Assembly (NCBI GenBank): GCA_977016875.1
Contig: CDRNST010000382.1
Coordinates: forward strand, 868,001 to 932,000
Source: Pavona decussata
Taxonomy: Eukaryota
Direction: 5' to 3'
DNA length: 64,000 nucleotides
Shown here: positions 1 to 12,100 of the stretch, piece after piece
Layout of the letters: each line of letters opens with the position of its first letter
Numbering within the stretch: position 1 is the stretch's first letter
The notes under the pieces: generated by a model
The model's database searches: none
Told to the model about the DNA's origin: nothing
The model's input: the letters and a program-made list of their open reading frames with translations, nothing else
Made by a program: the position numbers and the translations under genes

Positions 1-1093
1 ACTTTGTAATAAATTAAGCTGTCGCACTTTGTAATAACCTTTTAAATTTCCTTTGAATAAGATATTTGGTAGAAATTATGACTTGACTAATCCCCCAGGG
101 CACAAATACATTCTTCCTTGATATTTTGCTCTGCAAGCTAAACTGAGTCGAAAAAAAAGAGGAAAAAAAAAAAAAAAGAAAAAAAAACAAAAGAAAAAAA
201 GGAAAAGAAACGTGTTCTCCTCCACGCTTCTCGCTATTGTTATATTGGAGATCACACAGCTTGCTTAGAAATGATGGAATGCAATAAGTGAACAAAGGAG
301 AGATAACTCCTGGTTAAAATAAAAGATGCGCGAGAGGGTTGATTCCAAGGGTTAGTAAGGGAGATAAAGACTTCGAGTGAGTCGCTACTTGCTCTACTGG
401 GGAGCGAGGGAGGGAGGAGGGGAGTCACAGGAATGAAACATGAAAACAATGAACATGAAAAAAAAAAAACTTTTTGATAATAGAAATCTTTATAGTCATT
501 TCCTTGTAAAGTTCACTTTTATCTGCAACTGTGCCTTTTTCAAGAAGAAGAAATTCTATTCATTTACTATTCAAAATAATCACTATACGAGGGACGTACC
601 TAGCAATGGAGCGGCTTAACAAAACCGATTTTTAAAAGTCATTATTCGTGGTGACAAAGTGTTTCTGTCAAGATACATCGTGTCAAGACAAATAACGATT
701 GAGAGAAGCGTGGAGGAGATAGCGTTTCTTTTTCATCCCCTCAGTTTAGTATGCAAAGTAAAATATCAAAGAAGAACGTATTTGCTCCCTGTGTGATCAG
801 TGAATTCACTTATTTTCCACAGAACATCGTATTCAAAAGTAAATTAAAAGATTATTACAAAGTGCGACAATTTGTTATTACAAAGTGTGACAGCTTAATT
901 TATTACAAAGTGCGACAACTTGTTATTACAAAGTGTGACAGCTTTTTTATTACAAAGTGTGACAGCTTTTTTATTACAAAGTGCGACAAGTGTTATTACA
1001 AAGTGCGACAGGTATTACAAAGTGTGACAGTTTTATTACAAAGTGCGACAGGTATTACAAAGTGCGATGATTATTACAAAGTGCGACAGAACA
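1..1093. mobile_element. Foldback element with minisatellite-bearing inverted arms (left end outside the window)
   Basis: 1-245 is a diverged reverse complement of about 690-910; about a dozen TTATTACAAAGTG(C/T)GACA units at 853-1090. Confidence 0.75.
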
Positions 1094-1161
1094 ACGTCTC
1101 TCTACAGAGCATCCTTCGGTCCGTAAACGCCGGATACACTAGACTGCACTTCTCTTCTTTA

Positions 1162-1356
1162 TTAGCTGAGAGGTCGGAAGAAAGTAGAGATATCTGCATA
1201 CCCGGCAGCATACTGAAGATCCCTTCGATGTTTTAACCTTCTGTTTAATTCCTCAGTTGCTTTCCGATGGCACATGATACAAAGGGTTCGATAGTTATCC
1301 AATCCACACTCCCCACCCCCCTCAGACACGGGGATAATATGGTCCGCCTCCCAGAA
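1162..1356 (-). CDS. ZRANB3: ZRANB3 last exon: HNH core and C-terminal PCNA-binding (APIM-position) motif
   Basis: [32 protein letters not shown]...[11 protein letters not shown]; acceptor tttttcag. Missed by the ORF track. Confidence 0.92.
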   Translation of the reverse strand, partial: FWEADHIIPVSEGGGECGLDNYRTLCIMCHRKATEELNRRLKHRRDLQYAAGYADISTFFRPLS

Positions 1357-3126
1357 CTGAAAAACAGATTTGAAATTATATTACAACCTTGAATGAGTTA
1401 TTGACATAACCAGTTCAGCTACAAGTATTTAGTAATGGTCCCGTTGTTCGAAAGCTAAAGCTAATCCCTGTTCTTTAAATTATCCCAGGAAAGGATTTAC
1501 TTCCCTTTATCAAAAACGACCGTCTGAGCAAGTTTCAAGTTTATTTTTTTGCCACAATAAAAAGAATTACAAGACAGTGTAATAATACTACAAAAATAAA
1601 ACAAAACAACAAAAGATATTAACTACTACGTTCATCCTTGATTATCGTAAAGGTTCTGTTAACAACAGGTTAAAATAAATTTTACATTTCACATCGACCC
1701 CTGAAGATGGGAAGACACCACCACGGTTTACATCTAGCCAACATTTTCGGTTGGAAATTTCGTAAACTTTCCGTGTCAAACTTGCAATCATTGGTACCAA
1801 AAAACCTACGTGATGGTACAATGATGATGCAATAAAACAACAAAATGGAAATGGAAATTGTGTGCAAATGGAACAGTAATTTCCGTTCCAACCAGTTTGA
1901 AAGGAAAACAGTGGAGTACCTACCTCCAAAGGTCGTCCGTTTGTTACGGAAAATTCCATTTGATGCACGTGTACAATTTGCATTTCAACTGGTTAAGCCG
2001 AAAAATTGATTAAATGGAGAGCGCCCAAGGAATTCTTAATCCTGAATCCTGCTCGGGTTGATGTCGACCAATTGCAGAGATTTAAACCGATTCAAAATGA
2101 CGGCAAGAGGTTTGGGTAATGTTGTTTTTGTTTTTCAATGTGATAAACCATGCGCATTGTGCGATCAGAAACTTAAACCTCTTCCACAGGTACATTTGGA
2201 TTACCAAGTAAGAGAACTTTTTACCAAGTTCCAAATTACTCCAGGATAATTAGATCGGGAATTGAAGGAGGGTGACACGAAGAAAACATAATGCAAGCGA
2301 TGCAAGAGAGCGGATGAGCGCCTGCCTCTTATTCCGAACTTTCTCCGACTGCCTTCTTTGAATGCCTCATCGAAATAGAGAAGCAAAACAATTCCAGGCA
2401 ATTGAAATGTGAGCTTCTCAATCATAAGCAAGAAATAAGGGTCTTAAGGCTGGTTTTCACTAGCGACGGAGTCGGAGTCGGAGTCGTAATCAGAAGCGTA
2501 GAGCTTATGATCTAGTGAAAACAGCGTTCTGATTCCGTTACGTAAGCGACGGAGTCGTAAGCGGAGTCGGAAGAAAATGGAAACGTTCTGATTCTTCTGA
2601 CTCCGATTCCGTCGCGCTTATGACTCCGCTTACGACTCCGATTTTTGATTTTCACTAGGTCATAAGCGCTCTTACGACTCCGCTTACGACTCTGACGCCG
2701 ACTCCGTCGCTAGTGAAAACCAGCCTTTAATGTGCGTGTGGGTTTGACTGATGATGCACAAAACTAGCACTTTGATACATCTGAGCGTTTAGAGCAAGCT
2801 ACAAAATCAACATTTTCCTTACCATTCCTTCTTTGGGCTCCATAACCATCTTCTTCAAGGTCTGCTGCGGTAGTGATGCGTAAGGGGTCTGTGCTAGATA
2901 GGCTGGTCGATCTCTGACGTTCAATGCCTTGATGCTCAGATATAAACTGTGTACATCCAGAGAGCACAGCTGGCACACGCCTCGCTCGGCTTCAAACAGC
3001 GCCCTACGAGCAGCAGTACCACTCACACGAACCTGATGAGACAACAACATGGGTAAACATAAGGACTAATACCTGCTCAATTTGTTTATTTCACTGAAAT
3101 ATTTAACAGTTATTCCACAAGAGCGA

Positions 3127-3159
<33 letters not shown>

Positions 3160-6100
3160 ACGTAGCGCCGAGCTGGCTATAATCGTCTCATATCCAACAA
3201 GCTCGAGTGGAATAATTGTTTTATTACAAACAACCACGAAATATTACTAGATCTCGCTGATTTCGCTTTGCAAGAACAACTAGAAGACAATTTAATTGTC
3301 GCTATTTCTTGGGCATGGTATAATGGGTCATATACCATGGCCGCTAATCAAATCAAATCCCTGGAATTGCATTATACAATGATCCAGTTTTTAATTATAA
3401 TAATTGTCTAAAACAATTATCCAGCTAAGCGTCACTGGATGGTGATATCAATATTTACCTCGCCCTTTCGATGATCGGCAAATATCCACCATTATTATAT
3501 ACCTGGAGTTTCTTTGATTTTAACACGCGCTCTCATTCCGAGATAGGAAAGCACCAATTTTACCTCCAGTAAGGATTTTATTAGCTCTTCCATTTCTCAG
3601 TAACAGTGAGCGCCAAATAAGAACATTGTTACCTGGTACTCTTTCTTACAGTCGTGTGAACAGAACCTCTTGTCCCAGTCAGAGCACTTCAGCTTGTCAG
3701 CAAACTCAACTGGGCCCGAGCAGAACAGACACACAGGGATCCCATCGGCTCTCACCGCCTGGTAACAAGTTTTACCTTGTGTTGTGCTAGCACTTTGCAG
3801 GGTAGGGGTAGTAGACATTGTGCTACTTGAAGGGGTAGAGGTGGCATTTGACCGACCTGTGGAGTGTTGAACAAGTGAAAAAAACATAGTTTGCGGTGAA
3901 TAAGTCAATTTCGACATGCTATAATTCAGCTTGGCTCCAAAACTTAGGGGATTAATACAAAAGAAATTGTGGTTCACAATCATTTATGAATGAGTTATTT
4001 CTTCTGTATTATTCCCCCTAGCTTTGGAGCCAAGTTAAAATTTCAATATATCGAAATCAGTCTATAGCATTGCATTTCGTCTGAATTGTGAATTGAAGTA
4101 ACACAGGCAAGCAAAAGTCTAGAAACAGACTGGTGTGATTGGTGAATTGGTAATACGCAGAAAAGTACTAACGGTTAGGACACCCCAAAAGTACAACACT
4201 ACTGATTTTAGTGTTGTTTTGAATGGCCCAAACCAAATTTGAATCGTTGGAATCGTCAAAATAATGGTTCAAATGAGTTTTATTAACAATGCCCATAAAC
4301 TAGTGCCGGATGGCTAGGATGGAAATGCATTGCAACTTGAAAAATTGGCGAATTTGTTTTCGAGTTCTACCTGTGTAGTGCAGAATGAGAACTGATTATA
4401 GTCAGTTTTCTTCCTGGGAGACAAAAAAAAAGCCTACACCCCTCCCCCACCCCCTCCCCCCAAACAGTGGAGACTGGACCGCCATTTCTACGTGGTCATC
4501 TAGTTCCGCTATTACGGACCCTCTTTGGAGGACAATAAATCGTGATTGTGCATGAACTGTTAGAGATTTTTTAAATCTCGTGTCGAAAGTCATTTCGCAC
4601 TTGATTTAGTTTTGATTTGCAGTGCTCAAAAATGACGAACAAATCAAAAAGACAATCAGAAGGAAAAAAATCAAAACTTAACCAATGTCTGTAGAAGCAA
4701 TACAGTTCAGTCAAACCCAATGGTGACTCGCACGCATGCGTTTACAATGCTTAACGACGTTTGCTTGCAATTGATTGGTTTAACCAGTTGTTTACGTCTT
4801 TTGTGATTGGTTAGAGCGATCACTTTCTTTTGGGGCGGACATTCATCTGAAAACCGATTTTAATCCACAGCCATTGTCTTATCGTATAGTTAATGTCATG
4901 TACTTACCACCGATAGCCTTCTGGTCATCCCCCGTTCTGTTCTTCCTTTTCTTCGTTGTAATTCTCGCTTTCTTTACCACATGAACCTTTCCTCCGATTT
5001 CTCCAGCGGTATCGATGACCTTTTGAATTCGAGTTTCCTAAAATCATCGCCAAACATGAGCCTTGAGAGTAACTTTACTCTTTTCCTTGGATTCCCTGTA
5101 GTCTGATTCGGCAGTGTTCCAGACAACTTTTAAAGTCAAGAAGTCAATGAAGAATTTTGAGGGGCCAATAGGTGTGGTTCTCTCCTAATCTTGTTAAGTT
5201 TGCTATCCAATCTGTAGGGTCAGCAAGCCATCTTTCCCTAATTTTTGACCTGATACCCCACCCTTATCTGGAACACTGTGTTGATTCCTTCCGGCAAAAT
5301 ATGACCAAACTAGTGAGACGTACACACAGCACTACATGGCAACTCACTCGCAAGCTCATTAATAATTCAATAAGACAAGACAAAGGAAATCGCTACCGTC
5401 AGGGAAGTCTGGAAATGTAATCTTAATTATCATAAAATTTGGTGAACATTTGCTTTGAATGTCTCCAAGAGTTGTTAACGGTTTTAGAAGCGATATCAAA
5501 CACGATGAGGAATGTTTCATCCTATTTCCAAACACCTCGATGTTGGTTAAAAAACAAAAAATAAACAAACAAAAAACACTCGGCTGCGCCCCGTTTTTTT
5601 CAATCCACTTCTTGATGATTGGATATCGGACGGCACACTTTGTCTCTTGTTTCATTTATGACTTGATTCATACCTTGGATGGATGTCGAACATAGCTTGA
5701 GTCTCTAGTCACACCCTAAAAACAAAATGCATGTTCGGGTTACATTGGAGCTGTTAAACTGACTCAGGAAAATAAGCCGAGGTCAAAAACCGTTTATATA
5801 TTTCGTTTACGTTTTGCTATTTCTTTCATGGTGGTACCATGCAAAGCTGTCTCTTGAACAACAGCAAAAAAGACGATAACATAACTCACTCCATGCAACT
5901 AAACTGCAGTGGCCACGTAAGACCGTTTAAAACTGGTTTATCCAGTTTTCAAACCTGTTACAATACTGCCCACTCACCTTCCTCGCGTGTTCGTATGCCT
6001 CCAAAGGATCATCAAACACAAGCGCTGACTTGCGCAGAACTCGCTTCCTGCCTTCACCCATCCTGTAGATAGCAGGCTGCATTAGCACCGAAAATCAGGT

Positions 6101-9100
6101 CATGATCTATCTTCAATTTTCTTCACGTGTAAGGCAAGATACAAAGGATTAACAAACACAAGAAAAGACTGGGTGAACCACATTTCACAAAAGTGAGAGC
6201 AGAAATTGAAAGTGCCTAGTTTAATGGCCGTAGCTCCCACGAGTCTCCTGTAGCTCAGTGGTAGGGCATCCGAACTAGTAATCGGAAGGTCTTAGTTTCG
6301 ACTTTTCATGGGAGCACTCGGATTTCTTTTTTCCGAGTATGTGTGTGTCATTCACTGGACATTGCGTCATTCTCAAATTGAAAGTAGTTTAAGTAACAGG
6401 AAAAAATGCAACTTGGTGAAAAACAATACGGATTTCAAACTACAGTGAAAGCATGTTAATGCGACTATTTACGAGGGGCATATAAAAAAACGATGTAAAC
6501 AACTTCCACCTCAACATTCAATAAACTTTCTCGCCATAAAATAATTTACATTGCAGCCATTATCAGGTGTCTCACCTTTTCCAGGCCCCGATAAATCTCT
6601 TCACCTGTCGCAGATTATAATCTTGATGAAAAATGGTGGGAAGATCCTCAGTGCTCCCGTTTACAACATCCGACATACAGAAATTGATCCCCAGTGGTTT
6701 GTCGTCCTAGAAACAACGCACGTAAATTAACTGCATTGTCACGTGAATACCATTACAAAGTGTCCTTCCACACACACCCTCACCGCTCGGAGCGCCCCAC
6801 CAGGGAGCGGTATGCGGATTCTTCGTTGTGTTTTCACCGAGCTAAATACAATCCATCGTACGGAACTGAAAAAAAGATGGCGGCTGTACAATTTACTACA
6901 AATACCTTGTGAACCTAACACAGCCAATAGGCTCATAGAAAACCATAATTTTTTTTGCGATATTCGTCCGTGTGCTAACAGCATTGTGTTTGCTACGTTA
7001 AAAGTTTTCAGAGCTTTTCTGTGCGTTTTTAGGATTTCGTACGCTAAGAATTTTGGGTAAATGTACCAGTCGCCTGCTTTTCTGGATTACATTACTTCCA
7101 AACTGAAAAGTTGCTAATTTTCAATCTCTCCCCTTCACTGCGGCGACAAAAATATCTACTGACTTTAATTCAGTAAAAGCAGTCTTAACTAGGACAATAT
7201 ACACCAATAGTTATTCAGCAATGTCCATATCACCTGAAAGCAAGTAGTTATTTCACTTCGAAGCACAACTTTGCTTCTCTATCTATTCAGGCGTTTTGGG
7301 TTCTACCACAAAGCATTCGGGGAGGGTGGGGATAACCCTGCAATGGACTACATGTAGAATCTCATCCAGGGGGATTGCTAATGCCCTCACTTGCTTCATG
7401 CTACAGAAAATGGTGTCAAGCTGGCTCCGATTGTTTGGGTGTCCTGCGTCCAACTGCGACATTATGCCCATAACTAAACCTTACACTCAAAAACGGTCCC
7501 AGCGTGATAATAGGCCTTATCACGGTTTTCGACGCCATTTTGACGAGTAGGCAAACAGGCTCGAAATAACAGTGTTTGTATGGAAATCCGATGTCAAATA
7601 ATTTTCATAAAACATCGGTTCTGAAAAATTCATGAATTGGAAACTTTTGGCAATAGGAAAAGGATTTTAAGAAAAAATTTGGAGGGATGTAGCTGTGCCA
7701 GAAAGCGTCCAGTCGTGTTTTGAACTTTCCATACATTTGTCTGTTAGCGAACCAGCCGTGAACTGCTCTAAAAATAGCTCGCGGGAAAAAAAAAATACAG
7801 GGAAATGTATGGAAAGTTCAGAACACGACTGGACGCTTTTTGGCACGGCTACATCCCTCCAAATTTTTTCTTAAAATCCTTTACCTAGCGCCAAAAGTTT
7901 CCAATTCATGAATTTTTCAGAAGAAGCGATGTTTTATGAAAATTATTTGACATCGGATTTCCATACAAACACTGTTATTTCGAGCCTGTTTGCCTACTCG
8001 TCAAAATGGCGTCGAAAACCGTGATAAGGCCTATTGGAAATACACAACAAACAAACAAAAACAAAAAAAAAGAATATGAATTAGCAGCTAAAAAATCATT
8101 CCATATTTTGTTTACCTCATTGTACAAGTACACCCTCTCCGTGTACAGACTTAAACAAAACTTCAGTTTCATTGGTTCAGGAATCTCCTCTGGTTCATCC
8201 GTCTCCTCTTCCTCAACAGCTGAAGCACAATTCTCTTGATGTACAGGCGGTGGCGGCATTTTGTGATCAGGAGCAATTTCAAGTCGTGGAGTATTTTCTG
8301 GGAAAGAAGAATCTACGTTGGATTGTTCAGGAGTTGAATGCAGCTTGTTCCTGAGGTCAGTAATTGAGTAAAGATCAGAACACTTTGAAAAGCCTGTGTT
8401 TAACTGAGTAACCGATTGACTGCTTGATGTTGTGTCACCGCTGGAAGGATACGAGCTCTGTCCAGAGCTACTGTGGTCTTCCCACCAGCAGTCATCATCG
8501 TCTTCCCACTCAGACATAAACACTTCTGCCGCAGCAGCTTTTAGTTCTTCAATATTTTCTTCCTCTTTGCGCTGACTCGCAGTTTCTAAAACCGATTTTT
8601 CGAAAGGGGTTTCAATGTTGTCATTCATACCAACTGAATGATCTGTAAGCTCAAGCAAGTCACATTGTTCATTGCAATTACTTTTGTCAGGGTTCTCAAG
8701 TTTGTGTTGAGTTTGAGAACAAAATTTTCCCAATTTGCATGTGTCCTCATCTTTTAAAACAACAATGCAGTCTTCTGTATTAGCTATCCCCTTGCCATCA
8801 GTTGCTCTATCTGCCATTGAACCTTTCTGAACTGTAGGCGCCAAAACTGGACCTGTGTCATGCGTGCTGCCGGAATCGTCCGAAAAGTCAGCAATGTCAA
8901 CCTCATCTGTCGGTGTATTGATGTCCTTGCATTCGTCCAACTTCAGTCTTTTTCTTGGACGAGACTTGATTGTGCTGGATTTTTCATTTAAGACTGTCAC
9001 GTTGTTTTGGCTGGTGATGTTGAGGTAACTGTTAGGAAGATCATAGGGTGAATCCATTTGCTCGGGTGTTAAGCCTTTGTCACCACTTCCTAATGGAGCA

Positions 9101-12100
9101 TCAGAATCGCATTGAAATGACTTCAATTCTCCGGTTTTTAAGCTTTTTAACTGGGCATCAGTTACATTGTCACCACCACTGGTCTCGTTAACACGTTCCA
9201 AAGTGGAATCACTGCAAATGTCAACTCGTTGGATCTCATCCTTCTTCACTGTGTCCCTCTTCCATCGCCGCTTTCTATTCCGGTTCTTGTTTTCATTACT
9301 GTCACGTGCATACTTACTCGTGCTTAGACGCTGACTCCTCCTTCTCGGAGTCAAACACATTGAACACTCAATCAGCTCAGACATGTTGAAGAACGTGCAA
9401 ACGGAACATGACCACGAAGGCAAGCCAGAGTCATCTACAGCTCCAACTTCACCTCGAAAAGCGGAGTTATATCTGTCCTTACCATGACACGCAATGGTTT
9501 CAGGCAATTCTGTAGTTCTCCTATTATCATCGCTTTCCGTTCGTTGTGAAGATATTTCTCCTGAAGATGTTCTATCCTGTATCTCACCACTTGCACTTAT
9601 AACGACGCCGATGCTTTTAGCGTCCATTTGTGCAACTGAAATCCCTGCAGTTTCAACCATTTCAACATCGGGTGATTTGGTAATCGAGTCATCGCAATGA
9701 ATGCCCCCAGTAAGTTGAGTGCTATCCTCATCTGGGGTTGTACGAGGTGTGAAACAAATCGAACATTCCAACAGCTGGCCATCATTGATAAACGTACAAG
9801 CGCTACAAGACCAGCTAGGTGGCTCTTTGTTGTTGTGTCTATTATTCCTTCCCTTATGAATAGCTGTTCTGTTGTCCAGTTTCTTTTTCGCCTTTCGCTT
9901 TTTTCCCTTAGTTGGTTGTTTTGGCAATGTAGGGCCAGCAGACCGACTTTGTTTGACACCTGAAACTTCAAAATCATCCGACGAATCTTGGTCTACAAGT
10001 CCAGATCTTCCGTTGGTTTTCTCCTCTACATCTGATCTGCTGGATGTGTCTTCATTCAAGCGTTGCGAGCAGTTAAATGAATTTGAAGAACATTCAATAG
10101 GTTTGACTACAGTCATCTCTTTCAATGATTGAACATCTTCATCTTCTTTTTGTGGTGGAAGTTCGCACCTGTGATCCACGTTTTCATCTGGGGACTTGTC
10201 ATGGTGTACACAAGGAAAATCATTCTTGTGAGAAGAAATATTTGCCTTGCTTGGGGTCAAGGTACTGGCTGTGCCCAAACCAAGCAAATTTTCATTCTGA
10301 TTCACTTCGTTACCAACTGAATGACTACCTTTTATATCCACTTGCTCGGATGCAGCATAAACTGAATGTGCGTCCAGCCGATTGGTCGTCTCAGTTGAAC
10401 ATTCACTCTGCCATGTGCAGGTCGATTCAGAAGTAATGCTTACTTGTTCTTCTTCACTTTGTGGCATACAGCTTAGAACAGCCAGGCTTGAAGCATTAGA
10501 AATGGCGCTTTCTGAGATATGTGCATCGGTTTTAGCTGAGCTGATCTTTCCTTCTTCGTTGTCATCCTGTTTTGCTTCGCGCTTCTGATGGTCAAATTCA
10601 CCATTTTCTTCTTCTTCCTGACTACTTCCTGAAGCACTTTCGTCTCCTAAACTAAGGTTACTGCTCTGTGCCGTTAAGCTCGGAGTCTGTTTGCAAACAA
10701 CAGCAACACACTCAATGTCAGCTTCTTGTAGAGATACAAGAAAACCGCGGTCTTTTTGCCTGTCATCGTCACTACCGCAGCCAGTCTTGTCGCAGCACCC
10801 ACCTTTATCCTCAGCTTTTTCGAGCCCTGGCTCGCAATCATCATCCAAATAACTTCGCAATGTCTGCGACTCTGAATCAGGATCATTTCCAACAATCTTC
10901 AAAGGGCTCGCTTTACGCTGGGCTTTTTTCTTTTGCAGTTTTGTGTAGCTTTTACTTCTTGCAAAGGTAAGTTTCCCGTCTTTCTCTTTCTTGAACTTTA
11001 ACATTTTGGGCTTAAGTGGACAGTTCTCGTCATTAGTTGAGTCTTCTTCTGAATGTGTAACATGTTTGCTATCAGCATCAAGGCTGCTGTTGTGTTGCAG
11101 CTTACTCTCTGTGGTGGATTGTTCATATTCCTGAATCGTCCTCTCCTCAGGAACTTCCAGTGATACTAGTGGTAAATAAACATATAGCGTGATACATACA
11201 GCTATTTCAATTAACGTTGTCGGATCAAAGCTAAAAACATCTTCAAAGAGGCTGTCACGTCATTCACTTGGTATCCTAACATTTCTTTCATACATATGGC
11301 TCGCCATCTTATATCTTCACTGGACGGACGAGGCATAGCTGATTTTGATGTACTTATTCATAAAAAAAATCCACAGAATGTTGAGGTCTTGTCTTACAGC
11401 TTTATACTTTGATCCGACAACGTCAATTGAAATAGCTGTATGCTGGTAGATTGGTTACAGTGATGGAATATGCACAGGGACCTAAAATCGCAAACCACAA
11501 GAAAGGCACAACGCGGGCTTTCTCTTCTTCAAGTAATATATCAAACACGAGGAAGAGTGTTTCATCAGATATCCAAACACTGAGAAGTAAGTTGAAAAAA
11601 CGAAGCAGCCGAGTTTTTTTTTAAACGACTTCGAGGTGTTTGGATATCTGATGAAACACACTTTCGAGTGTTTGATATGGCTTCTCAAATGATCAATAAT
11701 TCTTGGAGAAATTCAAGGCTAAAGTTGGCAAAATTTTATGGTAATTAGGATCACATATCCAAACCACGGTTACGTAGTGATTTTCTTTGTTTTCTCTTAA
11801 TGAATTATTAATGAGTTTGAGAAAGGTTTTTACCATTCTGAATGAATTATACATACGAATCGGAATGTATTATTGCAACGCCCTTCTTATCGCAAAAATG
11901 ACGGACATAACCCTCGCACACTCCCTTTTGATGATAATTTTATTTGGTTATCCAAGCCAGCTGTTGACATGATTGGTATTATCATGAGCCCGCGAAATAC
12001 CAGTAAACCATGAGGCACAACGCATGCGCGTAGGTTAATGTTGTAAGACCCGCCATCTTGTTTTCTATAGTCGGTTATGAATACATGTCAGTTGCCAATT

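Noticed and set aside
751-1236. 161-aa ORF with ITKCD repeats; superficially CRISPR-like array
   Set aside because: It is a translation of the minisatellite. The gaps between units are only a few bp, there are no unique spacers or cas genes, and the context is eukaryotic.
6246-6315. True tRNA genes here and at 26710, 43170, 47640, 54570 and 60600
   Set aside because: No proper acceptor stems or 7-nt anticodon loops, and all are embedded in repeat bodies.
6605-6706. Shorter exon using the donor at 6604
   Set aside because: Extending to 6576 adds VKRFIGAWK, which matches the ZRANB3 RFxxxW motif, and gives the phase needed for the next exon.
7975-11004. 1009-aa ORF as a stand-alone gene
   Set aside because: It is an internal ZRANB3 exon; its hydrophobic tail is intron and MITE read-through past the donor at 8115.
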